Part shown: in pieces, positions 1 to 34,799 of the stretch
How the letters are laid out: every line of letters begins with the position of its first letter
Numbering within the stretch: the stretch's first letter is position 1
Source of the DNA: the human T2T-CHM13v2.0 reference genome, Homo sapiens
Assembly (NCBI RefSeq): GCF_009914755.1
Contig: NC_060935.1
Direction: 5' to 3' (one strand)
DNA length: 64,000 nt
Notes under the pieces: generated by a model
The model's database searches: none
What the model was told of the DNA's origin: nothing
Seen by the model: the letters and a program-made list of their open reading frames with translations, nothing else
Program-made: the position numbers and the translations under genes

Positions 1-713
1 CACCACAGAACTTCCCGACCCGGGAACTCCGCTTGTGTGTGAACCAAGTTAACACTCAGGTTCCTGCCATATTCCCAGCCTCCTTCTCTTCCCCTGTAAG
101 GTTAATCGAGTCCACACGGGATTGTTGTGTAGATTAAATGAAGTAACAATCGCATAAAGTGCTTAACCGGACCATGGCATGTAGTAGGTGCTCTATCAAC
201 GGCAGGCCGAGCGCGATTTCATTTTCCCAAGTTTTCAGCTGGGATGTGAAACAGGAGGGAGCAGGGTTACCGCCACACACCACTGAGGTTGCAGGGATCG
301 CAAGCTCTTGCCTTCAGTTTCTGTCAAGTAACAGAAAAAAGGGGTTTTGAGGGCTCGGCAGCACGTCCATCTCTGGAAGAGCGGTGGCCAGGCGGGGCCT
401 CTAGGGGGCCCTGCAAAGCTCTTTGCAGTGGCGGCACCCTCTCATATTCGGGTCTTTACTCCTATCTTATCTCCTCGGGGAGCCCTCCCTGAGCCCTCTG
501 CAAAGAAAATCCTTCCCCTCCTTCCCTCGCTATTTCATTACTTGTTTACATTTAATTGATATTTGTGTTTGTCTTGTTTGTTGTATATTAGTTCCAACAT
601 GTCAGCTGGATGAGAGAAGGGGCTTTGATCTACCTCATACACTGCCTGGTCTCCAATGCCTGGAACAGCACCTGACTCATGTATGCATTACGCATTCAAT
701 AACTGTAGGATGG

Positions 714-1005
<292 letters not shown>

Positions 1006-1050
1006 CTGCAGGATGAGTGAATGAAACATACTCCACACTCAGACTCCCGG

Positions 1051-1051
<1 letters not shown>

Positions 1052-1086
<35 letters not shown>
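1052..1086. repeat. (CA)n microsatellite
   Basis: Direct reading. Confidence 0.95.
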
Positions 1087-1088
<2 letters not shown>

Positions 1089-1539
1089 AGCAAAGACAGA
1101 GCAGCAGCTGGGCTCCAGCTGTTGTCAGGCCCAGCCTTCTCGGGACATAGGCTCTGATTGATGGGAGGAGGCGCGCCTGAAAGTGAGACTGTATGCAATG
1201 TGAGCACTAGTTATTCAGAAAGGTGCCCAAACAGGTGGAATTAGGCTGGACCCTGAAGGACTGGTTAGGTTTGACTGGGAAAAGAGCACTCCAGAGGGGA
1301 GGGATGGGAGAGCATGCACATAATTTTGGGAGGGCTGTGAGATGTTGATGAGACCATAAAGGGGCCCTTCCTTGGGAACAGACAGTGGTGTTGGGGAAGG
1401 AGGCATTTATGAGTTAGAAGAGGTAACTGGTTGCAGAGGACGGGGGACACCTGTCTGAAGGAACCTCCTGCCTCTGAGGAGGTTGTTGAGCAAATGAAAA
1501 TAGGAAAGCGGTGTTTTGCTAGCTAAACATTGATTTTAA

Positions 1540-4450
<2,911 letters not shown>

Positions 4451-5331
4451 TTATTTTAAAATGTGTTAGAAAATTACAAATAACCAAATGTTTCTTTTGA
4501 GAGTATCTCTCTTAGACAAACAGAAACATTCTTTAACAATGAAACATTAAAGACCAAAGATCATATGGCTAGTTATGTAACATAGACCAGACTCCAACAC
4601 CTGTCCAGGGCCCTTTCCAGCCTAATTATCTCAGGACAAAGCACCATCAACTGTGATAATAGGCACTTTTTGTACAGAGGCTCTTTCTCTTGATTGGCCC
4701 TGGTGAAGGACTTTATTTTACACTAGATGCTCGTGATGTACATGGCACTAAGCCATCAACTTAAATGCAAAATAGTCCATGTTCAGAAATAAATCAAAAT
4801 GTGATTCAGTCAACCAAACATGTGCCCAGGAATTTTCAGCTTCCGGGTAACCAATAATTCGTTACTCTCTTGTAAAAAGTCTCCTTTACTCTCAAGGAGA
4901 CAGCATGGCATGATGGAAGAGCATGGCCTTTGGGGTCAAACAGATCTGGGTTGGACTCAGGGTGCTGCCCTCTCACTAAGTTCTGTGACCTTGGACACAC
5001 CACATATCCTTATTTATTGAACATCTGTTGGTAGTAGATACTACAACATTCTAGCACTTCAATGGTCTATACACCATGGTCCCCACCCTAGGGCGTTCTC
5101 AGTATTGTGGAGAAGTGGATGCTTTAAATGCTGGAAGACAAGAGCTGCTCTGGAGCAAGCAGGGTTGGGGGTGGAGGAACACTGCAGGTACCTGAGGATA
5201 GAACACAATCAATGACTCCAACCTGAAGATAGAACACCCAGCATAGTCCTTGATGTTAGCCCCGCTCCTTTCCCACCTGCGATGGTGGTTGTAAAACTAG
5301 CCCTATACATTATATTTTTTAAAAAATAAAT

Positions 5332-6480
<1,149 letters not shown>

Positions 6481-6787
6481 ACTACACAACACACATACTA
6501 CACAACAGACATACATACACAACATTTGGTCCTAAAGCGGTAGGGAGCAGGCAGCATCCATACAAGACGTTCACAGGTCCCAGAGCAGTGAAAGGACCCC
6601 ACAAGGTCAGCTAAGGTTTCTTCATCTCTCACCCTTGTTCCCACCACCATGCTATTCTCTGTGCCTCTGACGTAATCACCCTCTGCCTTTATATTTTCAT
6701 TTAAAAACTTTCTCTTAAGCATCTACTTTGTGTCAGTCCCGTAGTAGGAGACAATGTAAGCAAAGAGAGATAGCAGGAAAATAAACC

Positions 6788-7540
6788 ATTAGAGTTCTCC
6801 AGAGAACAGAACCAATTGAGAGATTTATTATAAGGAATTCACTCACGTGATTCTGGAAGCCGATACGATCTGCAGTAGGCACGCTAGAGACCCAGCAGAG
6901 CCAATGGTGCAATTCCTACCCTCAGGCCAGGAAAAAAACCTCACATCCCAGCTTGCAGGCAGTCAGGCAGGAGGAATTCCCTTTTATTTGGGAAAGGGTC
7001 AGCCTTTCATTCTATTCAGACTTTCAGCTGATCGGTGGGCCCCCCAACATGCGCGCATCAGAGAGATCAATCTGCTTTACTTAGTCTCTTGATTTAAATG
7101 TTAAACTCGGCCATGTGAGCGCGGTGGCTCATGCCTGTAATGCTAGCACTTTGGGAAGTGGAAGCAGGTGGATGGCTTGTGCTCAGGAGTTCAAGGCCAG
7201 CCTGGGCAATGTGGCAAAACCCTGTCTCCACAAAAACAAAACAAAACAAAAAAATTAGCTGGGCGTGGTGGCATGTACCTGTAGTCCCAGCTACTTGGGA
7301 GGCTGAGGTGGGAGATTGCCTGAGCCTGGGAGGTTGAGACTGCAGTGAGCTGAGATCATGCCTCTGCACTCCAGCCTGGGCAACAGAGTGAGACCCTATC
7401 TCAAAAAAATAATGGTTAAAAAATTGAAAAAATGTTAAACTCATTTAAAACACCCTGACAGAAATGCCCAGTGTAATGTTTGACAAAATACCTGGGTATC
7501 CCGTGGCCTACTCCTGTTGATACATAAAATTAACCGTCAC
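6788..7540. mobile_element. MLT2 (ERVL) LTR split by an Alu (~7108-7410)
   Basis: GTTCTCCAGAGAACAGAACCAAT start and ACATAAAATTAACCGTCACA end typical of MLT2. Confidence 0.7.
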
Positions 7541-7809
7541 AGTAAGACACAGTCCCTTCCTCTTGGGGGTCTCTGGTATAGCAACAAGTAGTACCTTGCT
7601 GCTCTCAAATTAGAGAGGGCTTTCCAGGAAGAACGGAAGCCACCTGCCCATGAGCCTTCTGCCTTGTAACTTCAGATGAGGACTGCTTGTCCCCCCAGCC
7701 CCAGACTTTCAGTTCCCAACCCCCCAGCCTGTTTGCAGCACTGCCAGCTCAGGGGCTGCATCCCCTTTCCTTTTTGGTTCAGCCAAGAAGCCCACTCTCC
7801 CTGACACTT

Positions 7810-9100
7810 TTTCTCTTTTTAATTCTAATTTTCATTTTACAATCTGTGGAAGAGTTGCAAGTATAGTACAAAGAACTTTTTTTGTAAATATTTGACACAT
7901 AAGTTGTGCATATGATGCCTCATTACCACCTCCCCAACACTTTAAGATGTTTTTGCTACATATAAGGATATTCTCCTATGTGATCACATTACAAACACCA
8001 AAAGTCAAAATCAGAAACTAATGTTGCCATATTACTAAAATCTTATCTTCAAACCCTATTCAGTTTTTCCCAGTTATCCCAACAATGTCCTTTCCAGCAT
8101 GAGGATTCAGTTCAGGATCATGGGATGCATTTAGTTGTATCTACATCCTTCGTTCTGTAACAGTTCCTGATGTCTTTTGTTGGTTACTACAACATTGACA
8201 CCTTTAGAGATCATAGGCCAGTTATATTGTTAAATGTCCCACATTTTGTGTTTGTCTGATGTTTCCTTATGATTAGATTTACTGTATGCATCTTTGGGAG
8301 AAATATCACATAAGGGATGCTGTATTCTTCTCATTGCACCCTATCAGGCAACACATGCCTTCAGGTTATCCCTGATGATTACTGATGATATTCGCTTTGA
8401 TCCCTTAATTGTGATGGCTCCTGTCAAGCCTCTCTACTATGAAGTTACTCATTTCCCCTTTGTACTTTTTGAAATAAATATTTTGCAAAGAGATGCTTTA
8501 AAACCATGTAAATATGCCACATCTCACCAAATATTCAGTGTATTCATTTATTCGTGTCTGCATATGCACACAGTTTTCTCTTATTCAATGAGTTATAATC
8601 TGTTTCTATGGGTATTTATTTTGATACACAAATTGTCCCAGATCTTGCCAGTGTGAGCCCTTGGAGCTGGCTCTTGTGTTCATTTGATAATGTCACTATC
8701 ATTCATTGAGTCCCTCCTTGCTTTCAGGTACATTAAGATGTTCCAGGCTCATCTTACACTTTGCTGTAAATTCAGCCATTTCTCCAAGAAGCCTCAGTTT
8801 CTTTTATTGGAAAATGGTGTTCAAAAACCAAGATGTATGTGCTAAGTATGCTCATGCTATTAGGGTGTTGCTATTTCCAGGCCTTCTCAGTGGGCAGAGC
8901 TCTACACACATTTATATATTTAATGATTTCTATATTTGCATATAGATATATAGCTAAATATTGAAAACTGTAAGTTCACACCAAGACCTCCAATTCTAAT
9001 ACAATACCCTGGTAACTTCTCCAACAGTGAGAGACCTAGCTCTCATGATTCTTAATGTACTCATTTGATCAATCCCCCTGTATGTAGCCAGTATTCCATT
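7810..9100 (-). mobile_element. Degenerate L1M fragment
   Basis: AT-rich L1MC/ME-like 3'UTR motifs (TGTTTGTCTGATGTTTCCTTATGATTAGATT). Confidence 0.5.
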
Positions 9101-9425
9101 GGGTGCCTTCCTCATGCAGATGCCCGCCTTACCTTACTCAAGGCTCTGACATCCCACATCAACCACACTGCAGATCTTCCTCCATCCCCCCGACACTTGG
9201 ACCCCCCCTTACTCTGTCCTTGTTCCAACTCCTGGTCTATGTCATCACACCCACCCCACAAATGCCTTCCTTGCCTTACCACCTTGATTGGGCAATTTCC
9301 TTATCCCACTGGAGTGCCAACACCTTAAGCAGAGCCATCCCTGTCGAGGGCACCCCCCCACCTGCATTGCCTCCTTGGTACCCTCCTTTTGGCATAGGAG
9401 GCTCCTCTTCCTCTCCCCATACCCC

Positions 9426-9429
<4 letters not shown>

Positions 9430-9489
<60 letters not shown>
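9430..9489. repeat. (CA)~30 microsatellite
   Basis: Direct reading. Confidence 0.95.
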
Positions 9490-9490
<1 letters not shown>

Positions 9491-9534
9491 CCAACACATG
9501 CCTTGCTCACACCCTCCAATGGCTCTTGGACTAA

Positions 9535-13660
<4,126 letters not shown>

Positions 13661-13729
13661 AAATAAAATAACAACAGCAATAATAATAATAATGCTTTTT
13701 CAAAAAGGAGGAAAGGGAAAGTTTTTTTT

Positions 13730-19887
<6,158 letters not shown>

Positions 19888-20274
19888 GGGAAAGTGTTTC
19901 TTTACAGAAAAATGCCAACTAATGAATGAAGACAGAATGATAGCATTAGAAAATCACAATCTAACAAGTACCCTACAATAAATACTTCTGGCGAGAATCA
20001 TCACTGGATGTTGAAACATTGGGTAAAAGGTTGTTGGAGGACAGGATGTTCCACACAGCCTCTAGATACCATCCTGTGTAAATTACAAAGAGAAAAATGT
20101 ACCTTTACAGTGAAGAAATGTAGGCGACACCCCTGAACCAAATAAGAATCAAATATCACCCCCAGTAATAGGACAAACTGATATCACGTGCCTCCTGACG
20201 AGATGACGCACTGAGGACACACCACATATATAATATGTCTGCAAAAATGTCTAACCTATATCTGATCATGATGA

Positions 20275-25588
<5,314 letters not shown>

Positions 25589-28500
25589 CAGGGGGTGGAC
25601 ACTCCCTGCGATATGGAGAGTAATATCACCCCTCTCTAACCCCCTGGATATTATGAACCACATCGCAGGGGGGTGGACACCCCCGCGATATGGAGAGTAA
25701 TATCACCCCTCTCCCTGCCTGAATATTATGAACCACATTGCAGGAGGGTGGACACACAGTATATTAACAATATTTCCAGTAATATTATCTGTCCCATTGA
25801 ACATTGTGAACAATATCACAGAGGGGTGTACACCTCCTGTGATATTGAAGGTAATATCATTCTCTCCCCCACTGCATATTGGGAACAATATCACAGGGGT
25901 ATGTATTCCCCCTTTGAAATTGGGAGTAATATCATATTTGCCTTCCAGATATTAAGAACAATATCACAGGGGTATGTACACTTTTATGATATTGGGAGTA
26001 ATGTCATTCTCTTTACCCCTGGATATTAGCAGCAATATCACAGGGGGATGTACATTTCCTGTGATATTGAGGGTAGTATTATTGTCTCCCCTCTGGATAT
26101 TAAAAGCAATACCACAAGGGGCGTCAAACCACCTGCCAGATTTGGGGTAATGTTAACCTCTCCTCTGGATATTAGAAACAATAACACAGGGGTAATGTAC
26201 ACCCACTGCAATATTGGGAGTAATATCACCCTTTTTTCCCCGGATATTAGGAACAATATCACAGGGTGGTGTAGAACCCATGCGATATTGAAAGTAATAT
26301 TATCCTCTCCCCCTTTGGATATTAGAATCAATATTACAGGTGGGTTATACACGACCAGCAATATTGGAAGTAATATTATCCTCTTCCCTCCTTGATATTA
26401 GCAACAATGTCAGAGGGGGTGTGTACAATCCCTGCGATATTTGGAGTAATATCACCCTCTCGCACAACCCCTGTGATATTTGGAGTAATGTCACCCTCTT
26501 ACCCCGTGGATATGAGAAACAATATCACAGGGGAGATGTACACCCCATATGATATTGGGAGTAATAACATTCTTCCCCACCCTGTATATTAGGAACAATA
26601 TCACAGGGTGAATGTACACCTGCTCTGATATTGGGACTTATTCTCTTCCCCCCTGGATATTACGAACAATATCACCGGGGGTGGGGGTGTGCACTTTCTG
26701 CGATATTGGGAGTAATAGCATCTTTTTGCCCTCTGGATATTAGGAACAATATCACAAACGTGGTGTACAGCCAATGCGATATTGGGAGTAATATCATCCT
26801 TCCCCCCCCAATATTAGGAACAAAATCACAGGGGTTTGTACACCTACTGCGATATTGGGAGTAATATCTTCAACTCTCCCCCTGGATATTAGAAACAATA
26901 TCACAGTGTAGGTGTACGCTTTCTGCGATATTGGGAGTAATATCAGCCTCTTCCCCTTTGGATATCAGAAACAATATCACAGGGGGTGTACTCTGCCGGC
27001 GATATTGGGAGTAATATCATTGTCTCCTGCAATGGATATTAGAAACAATATCACAGGAAGTGTATACACCGTCTGTGGTATTGAAAGTAATATCATTCCC
27101 TCCCCACCCCTGGGATATTAGACTAAATCACAGGAAGGGTGTACACTCCCTGCGATATTGTGAGTAATATCATCTTCTTCTTCCTTGGATTTTAGGAACA
27201 AGATCGCAGGGTGGGTGTACACTTCCTTGCGACACAGGGAGTAATATCATCCTCTTCCCCCCTACATGTTAGGAACAATATCACAGGGCGGATGTATAGC
27301 CCCTGCAACATTTGCTGTAATATCATCCTCTCTCCCGTAGATATTAGGAGAAATATAACCGGGGGTGTGTACACCCCTGCGATATTGGGCGTAGTATCAT
27401 CCTCTCCCCCTTGGATATTAGGAACAATACCACAGGTGGGGTGTACTGCCTGTGCGATATCGGGAGTAATATCATCCTTTCCTCCGCTGGATATTAGGAA
27501 GAGTATCAGAGAGGGAGGGTGTACATTCCCTGCGATATGCAATGTGATATTATTCTCTCCCTCCCTGGGTATTGAGAACAATATTACAGGAGGGGTGTAC
27601 ACCCTCTGCGATATTGGGAGTCATATCATCCTCTTTTGCTCTGGATATTAGGAACAATACCACAGGGTTTTGTACACCCCCTACGATATTGGGAGTAATA
27701 TCATCCTCTTGCCCTCTGGATATTAGGAAGAGTATCACAGGGGTGTGTACACCCCCTGCAATATTGCAAGTAATATCCTCTCCCCCCCGGATGTTAAAAC
27801 AAAATCACAGGGGCTTGTACACTTGCTGCGATATTGGGAGTCATATCTTTCTCTCTCCCCCTGGATATTAGGAGCAATATCACAGGGGTGGTTTACATCC
27901 TGTGTGATATTGGGAGTAACATCATCCTCTCTCCCCCTGGATATTAGGAACAACATCACGGGGGGAGGGTGTACACCCCCTGAAATATTGTAAGTAGTAT
28001 CTTCCTCTCCCCCACCCTGGATATTAAGAGTAATATCATCCTCTCGCCCTCTGGATATTAGGAAAAATATCACGGCGGGGGGGGGCGGTGTACACCCGCG
28101 CAATATTGAAAGTAATATCATCCTCTACCCCATGGTTTTTAGAAACAAAATCACAGGGGGTTGTACACCTGGTACGATATTGGTAGTAATATCTTTCTCT
28201 CTGTCCCTGGATATTGCGAATAACATTACAGGGGGGTTGTACACCACCTGCGATATTGGGAGTAATATGATTCTTTGCCCACCTGGATATTAGGAACAAT
28301 ATCATGGCGCGGGGGACGTGGAAAACCCCGGCTATTTTGAAAGTAATGTCAGCTGGTCTCTCTTTGGATATTAAAAATGATATCACAGAAGGAATATACT
28401 CTTTCTGTGATATAGGGAGTAGTATCATCCTCTTCTTCCCTGGTTACTATGAACAATATTGCAGGAGGGGTGTACACCTTCTGCAATATTGGGAGTAATA

Positions 28501-29390
28501 TTATCCTCTCCTGCCCTGAATATTTGGAAAAATATCACAGGGGGGTGTACACCCCTGCAATATTGGGAGTAATGTCGTCCTCCCCAAACCTGGATATTAG
28601 CAACAAGATCACAGAGGGGGTGTACACACCCTGCGATATTGGAAGTAATATGATCCTCTCTCCCCCTAGATATTAGGAAAAATATCACAGCGCGGGTGTA
28701 CGTTTCCTACGCTGTTGGGAGTAATATCATTCTTTTCTCTCTGGATAGTAGGAACAATATCACAGCGGTGGTGTACATTTCCTTCGATATTGGGAGTAAT
28801 AACATCCTCTCCCCGTTTGGATATTAGGAACAATATCCCAGGGGGGTGTCCACCCTCTGCAATACTGGGAGTAATATCATCCTCTATTTCCATGGATATT
28901 AGACACAATACCACAAAAAGGTGTACAGCCCCTGCGATATTGGGAGTAATATTATACTCTTCTTCCCTGGATATTAGAAACAATATCATAGGGAGTGAAC
29001 ACCCCCTGTGATAATGGGAGTAATATTTTCTCTTTCACAGGACATTAGGAACAATATCACAGGGGGTGTTTATGCACCCTGCGATATTGGAGGTAATATC
29101 CTCTACCCCCCGGAATAATACCAGCAATATCACAGGGGTGGTGTACACCCCCTGTGATATTGAGAGTAATATCATTCTCTCCACCCCCAGATATTAAGAA
29201 CAATATCATGGCGGGGGGTTGTATATCCCCAGTGATATTGGGAATAATGTCATCCTCTCCTTCCCTGGAAATTAGGAACAATATCACAGGGGGGTGTACA
29301 CCTTCTTTGATATTGGAAGCAATATCATCCTCTTCCCCGCTGGATATTAGAGAAAATATCACACATGGTGTACACCCACTGTGATATTAG
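25589..29390. repeat. SATR1-like satellite array (~75 bp units)
   Basis: Tandem GGATATTAGGAACAATATCACAGGGGGTGTACACCCCCTGCGATATTGGGAGTAATATCATCCTCTCCCCCT. Confidence 0.9.
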
Positions 29391-29655
29391 GAAGAATGTT
29401 ACAGGGTGTACACCCATCTTGACTTTAGGAGAAACATCTCCCTAAAATAATACAAAAATAACACAGGGTATACAGTAATATCTCCCTAGGATATTACAAA
29501 TAATATCACAGGGTGTACACCCACTGTGAGATTAGGAGTAATATCTCCCTAGGATATTACGAATAGTATCACAGGGTGTACATCCACTGTGATAATAGGA
29601 GTAATACCTCCCTAGGATATTACGAATAATATCACAGGCTGTATACCCACTATGA
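29391..29655. repeat. Short SATR2-like block (~60 bp units)
   Basis: GGATATTACAAATAATATCACAGGGTGTACACCCACTGTGA..AGGAGTAATATCTCCCTAG units. Confidence 0.75.
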
Positions 29656-29744
29656 TTACAAATCCCATAGTGCTGGGATTAGAGACATGAGCAACCACAC
29701 CCACCCATGCTGTGTGTTTATCTGTTGTCTGTTGTTGTTTGTTT

Positions 29745-31780
<2,036 letters not shown>

Positions 31781-33130
31781 ATCTTTAAAAAGAAAAGAAA
31801 GAAGCGAATAGTATATACACACAAGCTTTCTCCTGATTAGAGGAAGAGTCCCAAAGCTTCTAGGGACACTCACTTTTCTCTTCTTGCTGCATTATTATGA
31901 GGAAATCCTTAGAGATTGGGGAACTTGGGTGAATTTGGATAATGAGGAGCTCTATGCCTTGAGCCCCCAAGGCCATAGAATAGTAAGTACTCAGTCTGTG
32001 CCTCCAGCCCTGCAGTGTGAGGTTCCAGTACAGTGGGCTACACACGTGTCACCTGCATCAGGAGGCTCATGTCTGACCCTGTCTTCTTGCCAGTCTTGAG
32101 GACGGAGTCTGAGCCTCCATCGTGCACCACACAGGGAGGACAGTGGACCTGTTCTCCGTGGTCATGACCCAGCAGAGAGGAAGCACAGTTCAGTGAGTGC
32201 TGAGGGACAGGTCAGGAGCCTTGTTTTGTTTCCTCATCCTCAGGACAAACAGGAGAGTGCGGTGGGCAGATGGGAGGAGACCAATGTGCAAACTGTCAGC
32301 TCAGCAGACTGTGGAGTTTCTATTCTTGGTTGTGGTGGGGGTCTCAGAAATCTTATTCAAAATTTTGCTTTCCTCCCACACTGGTTGTCCTTTTCATGAA
32401 CATCTCACCCATGATAGCAGCAAATGAGTCCCTCTAAACTATTCCCTAAGCACAACAAAAAGATTATGAAGGTGATGAGGAGGATAAAGAGGACGATGAC
32501 AGACACCATGGCATCATGAACCCTTACTGGGGGCTTCCTAAATGCCAGGCTCTGAGCTCTGTGGTCTATACAGCTTCTTTGATTTCATCTGCATGGTCTT
32601 CTCCCAGTTATTAGTGCACATTAAATTATTATTATACAGACTAGAAAAGAAGCAATGCATTTTCATATAAGTTGTACCAGATCATGAAGTCGAAAAGAGT
32701 AAAGTCCCATTTGAACCAGGCAGTCTAAGTCCAGACACGTGGCATTTGGCCAGTCCTCTCCCTGCATCCAACCTGCCCTCTCAAATCCTTGTCACTCGGG
32801 CAGATGCCCCTGCTCACTGTGCCCTTCCCTTTGGGGGTTCCTGATAGACCACAGCTAGCCCAGTGGGTGCCACATTCACTGTGTCAAGTATAGAAAGGGC
32901 AGCCGAGATCACATCAAAGATTCCAGAAAGAATTGGCACAGGATCATTCGGGACGCATCTCTCCCTTGCCCCTGTTCCTGTCTTTCCTTACAGCTCTCGA
33001 CTTCCTCAAAGGAGTCATAAATTCAGAGTTTGGCTTCCATTCCTATTGAGGAAGCTGGAATCTGTTTCAAAATGCTCCTCAGATGTGCCTGTGGTTAAGA
33101 CCTCTGAGCTCTGCTTTAAACTTTTTGAAG

Positions 33131-34273
<1,143 letters not shown>

Positions 34274-34300
34274 AAACTTTCTTATGAAAACTCTAAGTCC

Positions 34301-34474
34301 GGGTGGGGGGAGCGGGGAGGGATAGCATTAGGAGATATACCTAATGTAAATGATGAGTTAATGGGTGCCGCACACCAACATGGCACATGTATACCTATGT
34401 AACAAACCTGCACATTGTGCACATGTACCTTAGAACTTAAAGTATAATTTAAAAAAAAGAAAGAAAAATAAAAA
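34301..34474 (+). mobile_element. 5'-truncated L1PA (PA4-6-like) 3' end
   Basis: L1 3'UTR GGGATAGCATTAGGAGATATACCTAATG...AAGTATAA plus poly-A; perfect 15-bp TSD GAAAACTCTAAGTCC at 34286-34300 and 34475-34489. Confidence 0.92.
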
Positions 34475-34799
34475 GAAAACTCTAAGTCCACCTAAGCTAA
34501 GGACAGGAGTTATGTCTTACATGAATTTTTAAACAAGACCCACCTATTTGAGTAAGTAATTACTCTCTTGAAGGAGGAAAGTCAGAAAACATAATGATGA
34601 AATCACTAGACCATAACTGGCATGTGGAAATATTTTCTGCTTATGAACTATCAACTTTAATTTCACTTTTAGATGGCATGGTCTCAGCTGTTATGCAGTG
34701 TTTATAGAGTTCTAAATCAAGGGAATTTGTGGCATTCTATTAGAATAAAAGAAAATATTTGAGTTCTTAATTTCCTTTAATTAGGATAAACTTTTTCTT

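Noticed and set aside
1-520. Mildly CpG-enriched start, possibly the flank of a neighbouring promoter (PLEKHA7 by recalled gene order)
   Set aside because: No exon or TSS can be supported from sequence inside the window.
25673-29384. Many ORFs with DIRNNIT/AILGVI repeats
   Set aside because: Translations of SATR satellite units.
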